A stretch of DNA of 63,050 nt, counting the filler, from Olpidium bornovanus S191 (lineage: Eukaryota; Fungi; Olpidiomycota): the NCBI GenBank assembly GCA_017911155.1. It is 34 parts of 34 records of this genome, joined end to end, with 100 filler letters (N's around TTAATTAATTAA, not from the genome) between each part and the next. Parts side by side here need not be neighbours in the genome. Positions count along the whole stretch, not along the records: positions 23,562 to 25,696 come from JAEFCI010009286.1; positions 25,797 to 29,348 come from JAEFCI010009548.1; positions 29,449 to 31,160 come from JAEFCI010012299.1; positions 31,261 to 32,838 come from JAEFCI010002462.1; positions 32,939 to 35,428 come from JAEFCI010009945.1; positions 35,529 to 37,051 come from JAEFCI010009747.1; positions 37,152 to 39,285 come from JAEFCI010002046.1; 27 more parts are not named here. One strand, written 5' to 3'. Numbering within the stretch: position 1 is the stretch's first letter; each line of letters begins with the position of its first letter. The position numbers and the translations under genes were made by a program. The notes under the pieces are model-generated. The model saw only the letters and a program-made list of their open reading frames with translations. It was not told the DNA's origin and ran no database searches. Positions 25,190-37,717 of the stretch are shown here, piece by piece.

Positions 25190-25796
25190 TCGAAGCGGAG
25201 AACACATATCGCCGATTAGGAGCTGGGATTTGTCAATGTCGCCTTTCCAGGACTTGCTCTTACGACCCAATTTGACTTAATGATTTCCCCTCAGTGTATG
25301 CTGTAACAGTACATGCCGGTAATGCACAAGTATGCATTTGAATGGCTTCACATCGGCGAGCTCCGCTCCCTCAGAAATAGCGCTAGGATTACCCCGAATA
25401 CCTACCCTACCTCAGGCAGTCTTTACCAGGTTAGGGTTAGAGGTTAGGGTTTAATTTTCTACCCGGCGCGGCCACGCTTCCCTCCTTGTTTGGTTGCGGC
25501 ATCGCGTGCGGCCTGCAAGTTTTATTTTTATTTTTTTTTTTCTTTGTTTTTCGCGGCAGGGAATGTGCAAAAAGCCCACAACCCTTTGGATGCGCGGGGA
25601 AGGGGGGGGGGGCTCACCAGAACGGAACCAAAACTCCCCAATTGGTGGGCGGTGGGTGGGGGGGGGGGGCGGGGGGGGGGCGGCGGCGGGGGGCGCNNNN
25701 NNNNNNNNNNNNNNNNNNNNNNNNNNNNNNNNNNNNNNNNTTAATTAATTAANNNNNNNNNNNNNNNNNNNNNNNNNNNNNNNNNNNNNNNNNNNN

Positions 25797-28030
25797 CACC
25801 AAAGTCGCTTCAAAGCAGCTGGTCGGAATGCTGTTGATAGTGCTCGTGCGGAACGACTGCCTTGAGCACATCACTGGTGTGGCTGCAGATTACGCAGGCT
25901 GCGGGATAATGGGCATGATGGTGGGCGAAACCTGACGCGCATTGATTCCCTAAATATCCTTATCCTCGGTTCGCATTCGCGCCCTGTTTGCGGTAATGCC
26001 TCACGCGCCGGATCTGTTGCAGGGAAACAAGGGCGGCGTCGCGATTTGCATCCGATACCGTGATTCCTACCTTTGTTTCGTCAACTCCCATCTCGCCGCC
26101 GACACCAACCAAGTGGAACGACGGAACCAAGATTTTATAGATATTTGCCGGCGGATCAATTTCTCTAAACCGTCCGCTGTCGTGACGCTTTCTCCAGCGA
26201 AAGCGAACAAGATAGCGTCAGCGCCTGTTGCAGGCGCTTCAACGGGTGCTGTAGCTGCGCCAGCGAGGCGGCAATTGCAGGCCGTGGGTGCGACGGCTGG
26301 CACAACAGCGCAGGCTGTGTTGGTAAGCGGCGGTGTCGCCGGGAAATGCAACACAGTCTTCGACGCCGAGTGAGTACGTCGCCATTTTGTATACCTGCCG
26401 ATACGTTGCGGGGTACGTGTTTTAGTTTTTCCGGCTAACGTCGACTTGATTCCGTGGTCTGCAGCCACCTATTTTGGTTGGGCGATCTGAACTACCGTGT
26501 CCCGTTGCCAGAAGCCGAAGTCAAGGCGGCCATAGATAATGGGGATTTGAATAACCTTTTGAAATTGGAGCAGGTGTGGTAAAGAACTTTTTTCAGACGC
26601 TCCAAGGAATTTTGCAAGCGCGGTGTTTTTTTTTTTCCCTCAGACGGCCGACTAACGCGGCCGTTGGCAGCTCACAGTTGAGATGCAAGCGAACCGAGTG
26701 TTCGCCGAGTTCTGCGAAGGCAAAATCACGTTTCCCCCCACGTACAAGTTTGACGTCGGCACCTCCACGTACGACTCGTCCGAAAAGCGGCGCGCGCCCA
26801 GCTGGTGTGACCGCATCCTATGGAAGAGTAAATCGAGAAGGCGGCTGCGGAAAAAAGCAGCGAAGGACGGCGGTCTGTCCCCAGAAGGTCCGGATTTTCG
26901 TGGGGCACCTGGAAAAAAGCGAAGACAAGACGTCGCGTAACACGTGTGTCTGTTGGACATTCAGGTCGGGATAACCTGGCTATCAACTCGAACTCGGACG
27001 CGGGCGACGTTGGCCAATGCCGCGTGATGTTTTACCGGAGTCACATGGGGATGGTCACGAGCGATCACAAGCCGGTTAGCACGTTCCTCCGATGCAATGT
27101 ATGAGCTTTCCCTCTCCCCGACGGCCTTCGCACGTGTTCGCACGCGTAGGCCTCTGCGTTCTGTTGCGAAGGGCGCCCGGTCACAAGTCGAACGCGGCGT
27201 TTCTGTTTTGCTTGCGTCCCAGGTCAGATCCATTTTGCCTGCGAAGCAGCAGGAGGTTTATGCGACGATCATTCGGGAGCTCGACAAATTCGAAAACGAG
27301 CTCCAGCCGATCGCGTCCATATCCACGTCGAAAATAGATTTTGGTTTCGTTCAGTACTTGCAGCCCAAGATACGGACGCTGACGATCGAGAACGTCGGGA
27401 AGGTTCTCTCGCAGTTCCGGTTCATCCAGCTCGACCAGGCCGGCAGAGAACTCGCGGCTTACGCGAACGGGCTTGGCGGTTCGGCTGGACATCCCGCATC
27501 CGCAACGCCCGAGGCCGGTTCTTCGGTTGGAAAGTCGTGGATGTTCATCGAACCGTCTGCCGGAATGCTGGTCCCCGGGGAAAAGGCGCAGATCCAGTTC
27601 ACCGTCCTTATCGACGGCGCCGCGGCGGAGACGCTCAACATCGCGCCGGCCGCCCAACCGGTCGCGCCCGGCTCGGAGGCCGAGCCGTCCGGGTTCCCGA
27701 AGGCGTGTCCAGCGTTGGACGACACGCTCATCCTTCACCTCGAGAACGGCAAGGATTTTTTCCTGGAGGTGACCGGCAGGTTCCGCAGGACCTGCTTTGC
27801 CCTCAGCCTTGAGCGGCTCGTCCGACTGGATCGCCCTGTCCGCTTGATCGGCGGAAGCGAGTGGAGGACAGACGGCCTCTCAACTACGGTGTCGCCCACC
27901 GCCGTCCCGCAGCAGACGCAAATCAAAAGCATCCCGACGGAACTTTGGCGAATGGTGGATTTCTTATGGAAGTTTGCGATGGATACGGTGAGTTCCTGGT
28001 TTTTCTCTTGCATGACTTTTGATCTCAATT

Positions 28031-28064
<34 letters not shown>

Positions 28065-29214
28065 CGTGCATGTGCGTTCGGACGCGGGTAAGGGGTGCGG
28101 CGTTATAACTGGATTCGACCGAACTGCCCAGGACGAGTTGTTCATCCTTTCCGGCGACCAGGCCATAATCGCGTATATTAGAGAATGCTTGGATACGGGA
28201 GACGACTTTGACCATAATATCTTACTCAACGATGCAGCCGTCGGGAAGCTGCAAGCTGCGGAAGTCGCTGATTTGCGCAGTCCGTCGCGAGCCTTCGGGT
28301 TGGACGCGCTCGATCAATCGGTTCCCCTAAACGATGATCCCCTCGAAAACGCGGTGCCAGATACGCCCGACGCTCCAGTGCCAGAAACAATGCTTCCGAA
28401 ACCGCCTCAGCCACCGACGTCCGCGACATATTTGGCCGGTGACGAAGAGCTCGCGTCCGAAGGGTCCGAATCAGGAGAAGAGCACCTCGGCATCCACTCG
28501 ATGGCCGAAGCGCTCCTGCGGTTCCTCGAGGCGCTGCCGGAGCCGGTTATTCCGTTCGCCGTTCAACCTCGCTGCCTGGAGGCTGCCAGCATCCTCGGGC
28601 CGACCGGATACGACGGCTGCAAGGCGTGCCTGGCATATTTGCCGACCGCGCATTTCAACGTCTTCCTGTACGTCATCAGCTTCTTGAAGGAGGTTTTGAA
28701 AAGCGAGCGGAAACGTAGGAGGCGGCGACGGAGGTTGGAGGAGGAGAGGCGAAAGAGGAGCAGTGGCCGAGAGGCGGAAGACGCGGAGGGAAGCGCGACA
28801 CCGGCTGTTGTCAACGACGCTCTCGAGGTGACGATGATGGCCAAGAAATTTGGTAGGCTTCGATCTCCGTTCGCCGTTCGTGACACGTCCGTTGCCTTTT
28901 CTTTTCCACCGTATCTTTTCTCACTTCACTCCGTCTCTCCATTGTTTGCCGTTGTGCGTTTCGGATCGCATAACTACACTCTTCGACTGTTTCCAGCCGT
29001 CATCTTCTCCTCAATTCTGCTGCGGCCGCGGGTCCCGCCGTCACCTGGCGACCGCTTCGCTGAGTCGTCGGCAAGAAAGGCGAGAATATTCCTGACGCAC
29101 TTCATGCAGTTGGATGATGCCGACGACGCAGATTACGACGACGACGACGAAGGAGATGACGATGACGTGGACGAGGGTGACGAGGACGATGAGGAGGAAG
29201 ATCTGGGAGGGTGA
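25797..29214 (+). CDS. OCRL/INPP5B-type inositol polyphosphate 5-phosphatase (catalytic + ASH + RhoGAP-like); 5' end missing
   Basis: [47 protein letters not shown]; then IDFGFVQY...LTIENVGKV (ASH) and [13 protein letters not shown] / [16 protein letters not shown] (RhoGAP-like). Confidence 0.92.
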
Positions 29215-29448
29215 CTCTGTACGTGTAGTGAAATTTTATGTTGCACGCCCGAAGAACGGGCAACTCCCAGGAATATTGGACGCTGAGGAGCTGGCGGTGT
29301 GGTGGTTTCGGAGGGCTTCCATTGGCGTATTGGCAGCGTGCCTCCATGNNNNNNNNNNNNNNNNNNNNNNNNNNNNNNNNNNNNNNNNNNNNTTAATTAA
29401 TTAANNNNNNNNNNNNNNNNNNNNNNNNNNNNNNNNNNNNNNNNNNNN

Positions 29449-29484
<36 letters not shown>

Positions 29485-29611
29485 ATAAAATAAAAAAGCC
29501 CCATAAAATACCAGAAGAAAAAAAAAACCAAATACGTAGTGGAACCGCGTTCGCGACCTGCACAAGGACCCGACGAGCGACCGACCGCCAGAACTGGGAA
29601 CAGACGCAAGC

Positions 29612-31122
29612 ATGAGGATCATCGTCGTCCCCATCCTCAGGGGAAACTGGGGCTTTTTCTGCCGTGAGTTAGGTCGCTCCGCCCCCATCCATTAGTGCGA
29701 CTTAGGTGCGCTCGCCCTCCGCGGTCCGAGTCCGGAGCTCCGGGCTTGGCGTGGTTTTGTACGGGACACTTCGGACATCTGAAGCTGATCGCCCGGGTGA
29801 ACGAAAAAGCCGACAGCGCAGCGGACTGACGTCTCCTCTTTGCCTATACTGCTGGTCGATAAATTTCCCGGAACGCTCTTGTTTGCCAGACTCGACTCAC
29901 CCGCCGACAGGGCGCATAGCGAAGTGGGTGGCATGGAGTGCCGTAAAGTGGGAAAATTTAGGCAAAGAGCCGGCGGGGACGATGAAGAAAAAGTTGCACA
30001 TATACGGCACCAAGCTCATTGACCAGGTGGACCACGAGGAGCGGTTCCTGAAGATTGTGCCGACTAAGGAAGACGTCACCGACAAGCAGCTGCTGGTGCG
30101 GCTTCTGTCACCGTGAGCGGAGCTAAAATGTGGAACCTCCTCCGTAATGCGAAGGCCTGGGTTGACTCACGCCGTTGGCCGCGGTAGCCGTTGCTCCGCG
30201 CTCGCCGTTCGTCTCTAGGTACCGGTGCATTATCCTTCGTCGCTAAGGCTGTGCGATGTCAGTAAACACTTCAGGAAGCACATTGAGGAGAGGAAGGCCC
30301 ACCACAAGCGGTACTTCTTCTACTCCGTCCTTTGGTTGCCGCTCACTGGTGCTTTTGCCGTTGTACCTATCATCCCGAACGTGCCACTTTTTTATAATGT
30401 GAGTGGCCCGAAATTGGATCCGCCGGACCTCACGCAGACTTTGGTTGGGCTTTTGAGCGATTGGACGAAATGCGTTAAAGCGTGCAGTGTTTAGCGTTTT
30501 TCTTTCCCTTTTTTATTTTTTTTTTATTTTTATTTCTGCGAGGCCGATATTGCCGGGTTTTCGGATCGCAGCCACCAATTCTCAGAGCATTTGCGTATGG
30601 CTCATCTTTCTGTTCTGCCTTGCGGAACGCCAAAAACAAAATCAGGTATTCCGGCTTTACAGCCATTACAAGGCCTTCAAAGGCGCCGAGCATCTCCTCA
30701 ACCTTTCGGACGAAGGCCGGATCAATTTCAAGGCAGAAGCTTTCCTCAACTGTGCGGTAAAGCGGCGGGACCCGGGGCTCGCAGACCACTCGGATGGGGC
30801 AGCGCCGACCGTCGTAACCGACGGGCAAACTGGGAAGGCCCGCGCTGATCTACGAGGGCAGGCCTTGGACGACTCGTGCCTCCTGCACATCGCCAAGGTG
30901 TTCCGCGAACTCGCGCCCACCCTCGGCCTGGAGCTCGAGCAGGCGCGGGCCCAGGTCATCCAACGGGAGCGGGAAACGTCGGCGAAAAGCAAAGGGCAAT
31001 GGCGGAAACCGAGACGGAAAAGTGCCGCGCGCAACGTGGTTTGGCAGGATGTTGAAACATTTGAAGACGAGGGACAGCGAAGTGTGGAGGAGCAGAACAA
31101 ACACGCAGCGAGAGGGGTCTGA
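29612..31122 (+). CDS. Mitochondrial K+/H+ exchange-related protein (YDL183C-like), multi-exon
   Basis: MRIIVVP start; RYFFYSVLWLPLTGAFAVVPIIPNVPLFYN-VFRLYSHYKAFKGAEHL. Confidence 0.78.
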
Positions 31123-31297
31123 GTTCATAAACTATATGCGTGTCCGCGCGGGTCATCATGNNNNNNNNNNNNNNNNNNNNNNNNNNNNNNNNNNNNNNNN
31201 NNNNTTAATTAATTAANNNNNNNNNNNNNNNNNNNNNNNNNNNNNNNNNNNNNNNNNNNNGCCCCCCCCCGCGGGGGGGGGGGGGGGGGGGGGGGGT

Positions 31298-31331
<34 letters not shown>

Positions 31332-31407
31332 AATGGGGGAGGACCAAACGTGCGATGCTTGTGGCGCGAGACCCCTCGGCCCCCGGAGACGGGCGGCGCG
31401 GGCTTAC

Positions 31408-32264
31408 CTGCTCGAGCTGACCGAGCGCTTCTCCGCCAGCTCAACGTCCTCGGGGATAGTAGCGGCGGCGGCGCTGCTGGCGGACATGGACCTTCTGAGG
31501 TTCCCGGCGCCGTGGCCGGCCAGGGCGTGGGAGAGCGACCCCCTGCGGCCGGCGTACCGGAAGTCGTGGTCGTCCGGCGATACGTTCACGAACGGGCCCA
31601 GGTCGTCGGCGGAGGCTCCCACAATGGTGTCTTTGTTCACAGGGGAAGTCGCCGCCCAGGGGTTTGAGTGGCCGACGCCGGAGCTGCTCCTGCGGACGGC
31701 CGGGAGCGCCGCGGACGCCGAGAACGGGTTGCTGAAGGCGTGCGCCGAGGAGGCGTGGTGGCGGTGGGAGGGCGGGGACCTGACGCCGCCGCCGCCGCCG
31801 TCGCTCCAGGCGTTGAGCGAGACCTCCACGAAAGACGGGGAATTGGGCGACGCGGGCCTCGCGGCGGAGCCGGCCGGTTCGGCGACGCCGGCGCTCCCCC
31901 GGCGGTCCGCTGCGGAGGCGGCAGGCGGGCCCGACGACGGCGGCGGCGGGTTCGGCGGGACGCCGAGGTCCCCGTCGCTGTCACCGGCGGCGGCGGCAGC
32001 GGCGGCGGCGGCGGCGGGGTCCAGGCGCAAGGGCCCGCCGTCGTCGTCGTCGTCAGCGGCGGCGGCGGTCCACGGCTCGTCCATGGTCAACTCGTTCAGG
32101 ATCGTGGCCACGTCGAAGGGCCTCGCGAGCTGCCCGTCGTCCCGCCCGAGCTCGGCGTCCCTGTCGGGCCGGGCCTGGTAGTCCCTGCCGCCCGGTCCGC
32201 CGCCGACCAGGGCGGGGAGGTCGGAGGGTGAGCCCGCCTCGGCGTCGTTGACGCCGTCGGCCAT
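31408..32264 (-). CDS. First exon of an unknown gene (disordered, Ser/Pro/Ala-rich)
   Basis: ATG at 32264, about 285 open codons, ending at CAG|GTAAGC. Confidence 0.6.
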
Positions 32265-32783
32265 CTTATGCTCTCTTCTTTCTTCTCCTTGGCCCGTCTC
32301 GTGCTTCCCAGTCCCCCCGGGCGCGGGGGCGCGGAGGGGGCGGAAGGCGGAGTGTGTGCGTGCGTGCGGGAGTGCGGGGGGGGGGGGGGGAAGGGGGGGG
32401 GGGGGGGGGGGGGGGGCGGGGAGGAACGCGCGCGCGTGTGAGCGGTGATCGGGCCGCAGAAAGGGCAGAAAGCCAAAACAAAAAAAAGAAAAAAAGAGAA
32501 AATTCTTTTTTTCTGGTTTCTTATAAAAAAAAAGAAGAAAACAGGAACAAAAAAACCTGTTGTTTTTTTCCTTTTCTTTTCTTTTCTTTCAACTCCGTCC
32601 TTTCCTATCATCCCCCGTCGCCGCCCCTCGTCAGCACCCCCGGCACACAAACACCCTCGTACCCGGCAGAATTTCTTCTCCTTCTTCTTCTTTTTTTTTG
32701 TTTTTCTTTTTTCTTTTTCTTTTTTTCTTTTTTTTTGTTTTTTTTTTTTTTTTCGGCGCGGGGTGTCTTCGCTGCCGCCGTTT

Positions 32784-32828
<45 letters not shown>

Positions 32829-33691
32829 GGGGCGGAAANNNNNNNNNNNNNNNNNNNNNNNNNNNNNNNNNNNNNNNNNNNNTTAATTAATTAANNNNNN
32901 NNNNNNNNNNNNNNNNNNNNNNNNNNNNNNNNNNNNNNTGAGGAGGATACGCCTGTCCAAGAGGGGAGAGTTCCCCCGCGTGATGAACCACCCCGAGGAA
33001 TCAATCGGTCGACACCCGCTCCACTTCGCATCAACCAGGGTGAGGTTTTCGACATCATGCCGCCGTTTTTCGATATAAAACCGAAGGATGTGCTTGATGA
33101 CGTTTTGGAACCGGGGTATCTCACAGCGAGATCCCCGATGGACGTGTCTCTGCGCACGCCCTCCGGAACACGACGCCCTTTGCTTTTGCCCCGAAAAGTC
33201 GTCGCGAGGCGGGTTGCGCGGTTGAAAAGGGCTTGGTTTATTCTGCCGCGGCCGCTCAAAAAAAAACCTGCACCGTTCGCCGGGTTACCCCCGCAATCTC
33301 GTCGCACGGGGGCGGCGTCGGGCGAAAAGCGGGTCAGTCGCGCCGAACGGCTTACCGACGGCGAAAACGGCGTCCGGGTCCCGGCCTTGTTCTGACCCCC
33401 CCCCCCCCAAGATAAGATGCTTTGCAACGATAACCTTTCCACTCGGGGAGCGGGGCGACGGCGGGCGCGGTCAGTCGCTGTCGCTTCGTCTGAGTCGCCA
33501 AGCGAACGCGAAGGCAGTTTCCGGCAGACGGAGGCGGGAAACCCCGCCCGGCTGCCGCTGTGAAAAAAGGAAAAAAAGAAACTTATTCGGCCGCGGCCAC
33601 ACGCGAGCTTCTCCCTACCCACGGAGGTCGCGTCTCCGAGCGGCGGCTTGACAACCCGCGGCCGCCCCGCGCTGCCCCGAGTCGCCGCGGG

Positions 33692-33908
33692 GGCGGCGCG
33701 GTGGAATGACTTGACCGCCGATCACGATCGCGGGCGGCTACGCGGTTTCGGCGGGGGCCAGGGAAAGGGCGCGATGAGGGGTGGGAACGCTCGAAGACAC
33801 GTCCTCCGCGGGTAGGAGAAGCCCGCGTGTGGCGGCGCGGTGGAAGGACTTGACCCCCGATTACGATCGCAGGCGCCTCGGCGGTTTTGGCGGGGGCCGG
33901 GGAAAGGG
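33692..33908. repeat. ~78-bp imperfect direct repeat, period 139
   Basis: GGCGGCGCGGTGGAA(T/G)GACTTGACC... at 33692 and 33831. Confidence 0.85.
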
Positions 33909-35113
33909 GGGAGTGGGGGTGGGAAGGTGCGCGCGGCGGGTGTTCCCAGAAAACCACTTGCTCGAAGGTGAGAAAACCCGCCGCGGTTTTTCTATTTATG
34001 TCAAGCGCCGTTCGTCTTCTGAATACGCCAATTGGCAATGCCAATTGGCCTCAAACCGCTCGTCACCGTGCGCAGACGAAACATCGTGATGTCGGTCCGT
34101 CCATGGCCGGGACGTGAGCCTGCGCATTGCCGACGACCGCAAATAACCAAAATTCTTTGGACATGCCCATCCCGGTTAAACGAACCCACGAACAGCCCGG
34201 TGTTCTAGATGACCCGCAGTTCGAACAGAAGCAGAAAGGCAATTTGAAGATTTACCGTGAGACCAACAGGGCTACAAACAAGTCTACGCACGCTATCTTT
34301 TCCTAACTGCGTGTCATGCACCCGGCGATTCCGCCCACACATCAAACAACCGGGAGAGCCCGTTGGCATTTTGCATGACCAAAGTATTTGTGAATGCTAT
34401 GCCACTATCACGCAACATAAACGATCCCATACGGAAACCTCACACACCAGAAATTAAAAAACACCGTCAACAAATTGCGACCGAAAAACTGAAGGGCGAA
34501 CTTGGCAAGGCGCTCCTATTAACATTTTTTACGTTATTTGTGGCGCCTCCTCCCCCTCTCTTCCAGCCGACCAGGCCTCACGTTAAGCAACTGCCCGGCC
34601 CCAATTGCAATTTCGATGAAGCTGGCGACCGCCGCGGTGCCTCCTGTGCCTGCGAAACCAAACCCCGGTTGCAGAGGTATATAACTGTAAACCAATGAGA
34701 AACGAGTTGATGGGCTTCTTTTTTGCGTCATGAATGGTCCTTTTCAAGGCCGAGCCTGAATTTAAAACTCGGGTTTTCCAGACACGGAAAATTTCAGGTG
34801 ACCCTGGCAAACGCTTCCCTGACCCCTTCGTGGTTCTCTTGTTGTCATATCAATTTTTTCTTTTTCTTTAATTCGCGGGTCAAGAGAGATGACTTGGAGG
34901 AAGATGTCCATGGAAAACAGAAAACTGCCGAGTGCAAGAGATATAAATCAAGGTTCTGTGTTTTTGCTAATACCGGATTTTTTTGCTTAGCATCCCTCGT
35001 CCTTGTGCGACACATTGCCACATCCAACCATCATCTAACCTCTGGTCTTCCGACAATTTACACGAAAAACATATATTTCAGAGTGCCCAGAAAGAAAAAG
35101 CTTGCGGTCGCAG

Positions 35114-35345
35114 GCAAATTTCGACGGCGACGCAGAGCGCAAAAACAAGTTCATGTGTTTCATGGGCGCCAGGAAGGGTGGCTCAGGTCAGTCGGCTGGG
35201 AAGCGTGAAAAGGCAGAAGTGACCTCAAGAGAGACGCACTCTTCGACGATCAACCCGGCAGCAAACAAGCGCATCCAAGACGATCTGCAGAAGCAGTTCG
35301 AGAGCGGCATGGCGGCGCGCAGAGCCAAACAGCGCGGAATCGATT
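35114..35345 (+). CDS. SMAP (small acidic protein) domain exon
   Basis: ANFDGDAERKNKFMCFMGARK...NKRIQDDLQKQFESGM fits the ERKxKFLRLMG...LExQ(F/Y) pattern. Confidence 0.65.
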
Positions 35346-35528
35346 CAAGTCCTGAGATCCAAATGTTTGAGGGAGGGACATTGCTTTTCTTTCCGCTCGC
35401 CGTCGAACGGGGGAGTCCGTTGCCGCAANNNNNNNNNNNNNNNNNNNNNNNNNNNNNNNNNNNNNNNNNNNNTTAATTAATTAANNNNNNNNNNNNNNNN
35501 NNNNNNNNNNNNNNNNNNNNNNNNNNNN

Positions 35529-37051
35529 AAGCGTGACGGTCTCGTCGTCGTTGACCATCTCCAACTGGCAACAGCCTGGTTATCCGCAGAATAGTCCACT
35601 AAACGCGACGGTAGAGGTGTATAATGCCGAGGGGAGCCTGCTTATTGGCTCGGGCGAGACCGTAACTATTCCGAGTGTCACTTCGCAGGCGACTAATGGC
35701 GTTTTTCTGGTGCGCGTGTGGTCTTATGTTTCCCCTGCTCATCCCCACGTCCAATGGGGCGAAGGCACGGTCAATTTCTGCGCGTCCCAATCGTTCATTT
35801 GGTCGCCTGCGTTCCCCGCGACGTTGACCGTTGGGCAGCCGATGAATTTCGCCGTGGTCGGTGGGGATCACACGGGCATTTCGAAGGCCACTGTTGTGAG
35901 CGGCACGGTGTCCATCACGAACATGGACAGCGGCTCGAATATGGACGGCACTATTAGTTTTACTCTTACGGCGCTGGCGCCCGGTCCTTGGTCGATTGAA
36001 TTGGAGTGGTTTGAGGCTCAGCAATATTGCGCGGCGATTTCTACAGTTTCGGGGACTACGTCGAGCGCTCATGTGGTTACGGTCACCATGAATGAAACGG
36101 AGATGGAGAGGACCAAAAGTGTAACGGGGCAGGCCTCTGGCGGCCAAAATGGATATTTGTTTTCTGTGTTGTCCGGCGGCGTCGGTATCATAGGCAACTC
36201 CGAGACGGGCGCCTTTACCGTCACGGGCAACGTTACAGGTCCGTATGAAATAGCCGTGTGGTCTCCGGCGGGCAATGGTTACGAAATATCAAATCAGGCT
36301 ACGGCAAGCGGGCTCGTGGTGGACGCGTTGAAGCATAAGGCGACGGTGACTTTCGACAATCGGTCGCGTTCAGTGGCCACTGAATTCCGCGTCTATCAAG
36401 ACGGTGCGTTGGTCGCATCCCGTGTGATTCCCGGCGGCGAATCCTTAATACAGACAATCGAATTCCCGCGCAACGCGCCCTATACCGTAAACGCTGTGGT
36501 GAATGGGTCTGTTGACGGCCCCATCTGGGTTTCCGATGGGACTTCTGAAATCGAGGTCGCGGGCGGGACGCCTACGACGGCTCCCGAAACGCAGCCTCCC
36601 CCGCCGTCTGGCACGACGCCGCCCGCGACTCCTAACCCCACCCCGGCCCCGCCGACGTCAACCCCGCAGAAATCAATTTGGAGTTCGATCAACAGTGGGA
36701 ATTCGGGCGACGCTCTGAGCGCCAAAACCTACGCGGAAGGCGTCGATAAGATCGCGGGAAAGCTTCAAACGTCGGATGTCCTCGGGACTGAGACGACGGA
36801 GGCGGAGGCCATTGACACGGCGAACGTGGGCGACGCCAAAACGCGCGTTACGTCGATCATTGGCGGCATGCCGTCCGCGCCGCCTATACAGGCGCCCTCG
36901 GGCATGTCTCCGATTTTCGTGTCCCCGCAGATACCGGTTAATGGTGGGTCTTATGGCGCCTCCTTCGACCTGAGTCCTTATGACGGGCCGATTAGTGTTT
37001 TTCGCGGCATAGCGCAGGGAGTTATGTATATTGTGTTTTTCATCATTTACT
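35529..37051 (+). CDS. Filamentous-phage (inovirus) pIII-like attachment protein, open at both ends; probably not fungal
   Basis: >500 intronless codons: beta-rich segments, Pro/Thr linker, helical segment, C-terminal ISVFRGIAQGVMYIVFFIIY anchor resembling the M13 pIII tail INLFRGVFAFLLYV. Confidence 0.65.
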
Positions 37052-37429
37052 NNNNNNNNNNNNNNNNNNNNNNNNNNNNNNNNNNNNNNNNNNNNTTAAT
37101 TAATTAANNNNNNNNNNNNNNNNNNNNNNNNNNNNNNNNNNNNNNNNNNNNCATGAAGACCCCACAACCACCCTCGGTGCTGCTTTGCTTGAAGCACCGC
37201 GCGGCCCTCGTACGAGTACGAGAAAGATCCAGTTTCCTTTCCAACGTTGGAATTCAACCCTAACCCTAACCCTTGTCTTGAAATTCGTAGAACAGACCGC
37301 GTTGAGTGCGTTGGGTGTAGTTGTGAAAGTTGTTAAAAGGTAGCTCTTATTATTTGGCTGTGATTGTATGGGGTGCGTAAAATATTTATTTTGACCGTGG
37401 CGTGGCGTATTATTTTACGCCCCCTGCGG

Positions 37430-37717
37430 CTACGCCGCAAAAACCACCACACTCAAATTGCTAGACGACCGAAACAGCGCGGTTGTGAGGTCTTCATACT
37501 CGTCATCGGAGAGCTCCCACTGCCGCACGGCGCACTCGAAGCGCTTCAGGTATGATGATATGTTCACGTCTTTGAACACTCCGTTCTCCTTTGTAAACTG
37601 GATGACGGCGGCGCACACCTCTGCCGCCCTCATCTGCTCGGCCAGAGCACGGACGTCGAATACCGGTGCGCACACTTCGGGAGGCGGCGCGGGCGGCCGC
37701 GGCGGGGCCCCTGTCAT
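37430..37717 (-). mobile_element. Retrotransposon gag-like remnant
   Basis: FKDVNISSYLKRFECAVRQWELSDDE resembles Ty3-type gag; Zn-knuckle-like CTVCGPDIRHFYANC upstream at about 38300-38345. Confidence 0.45.
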
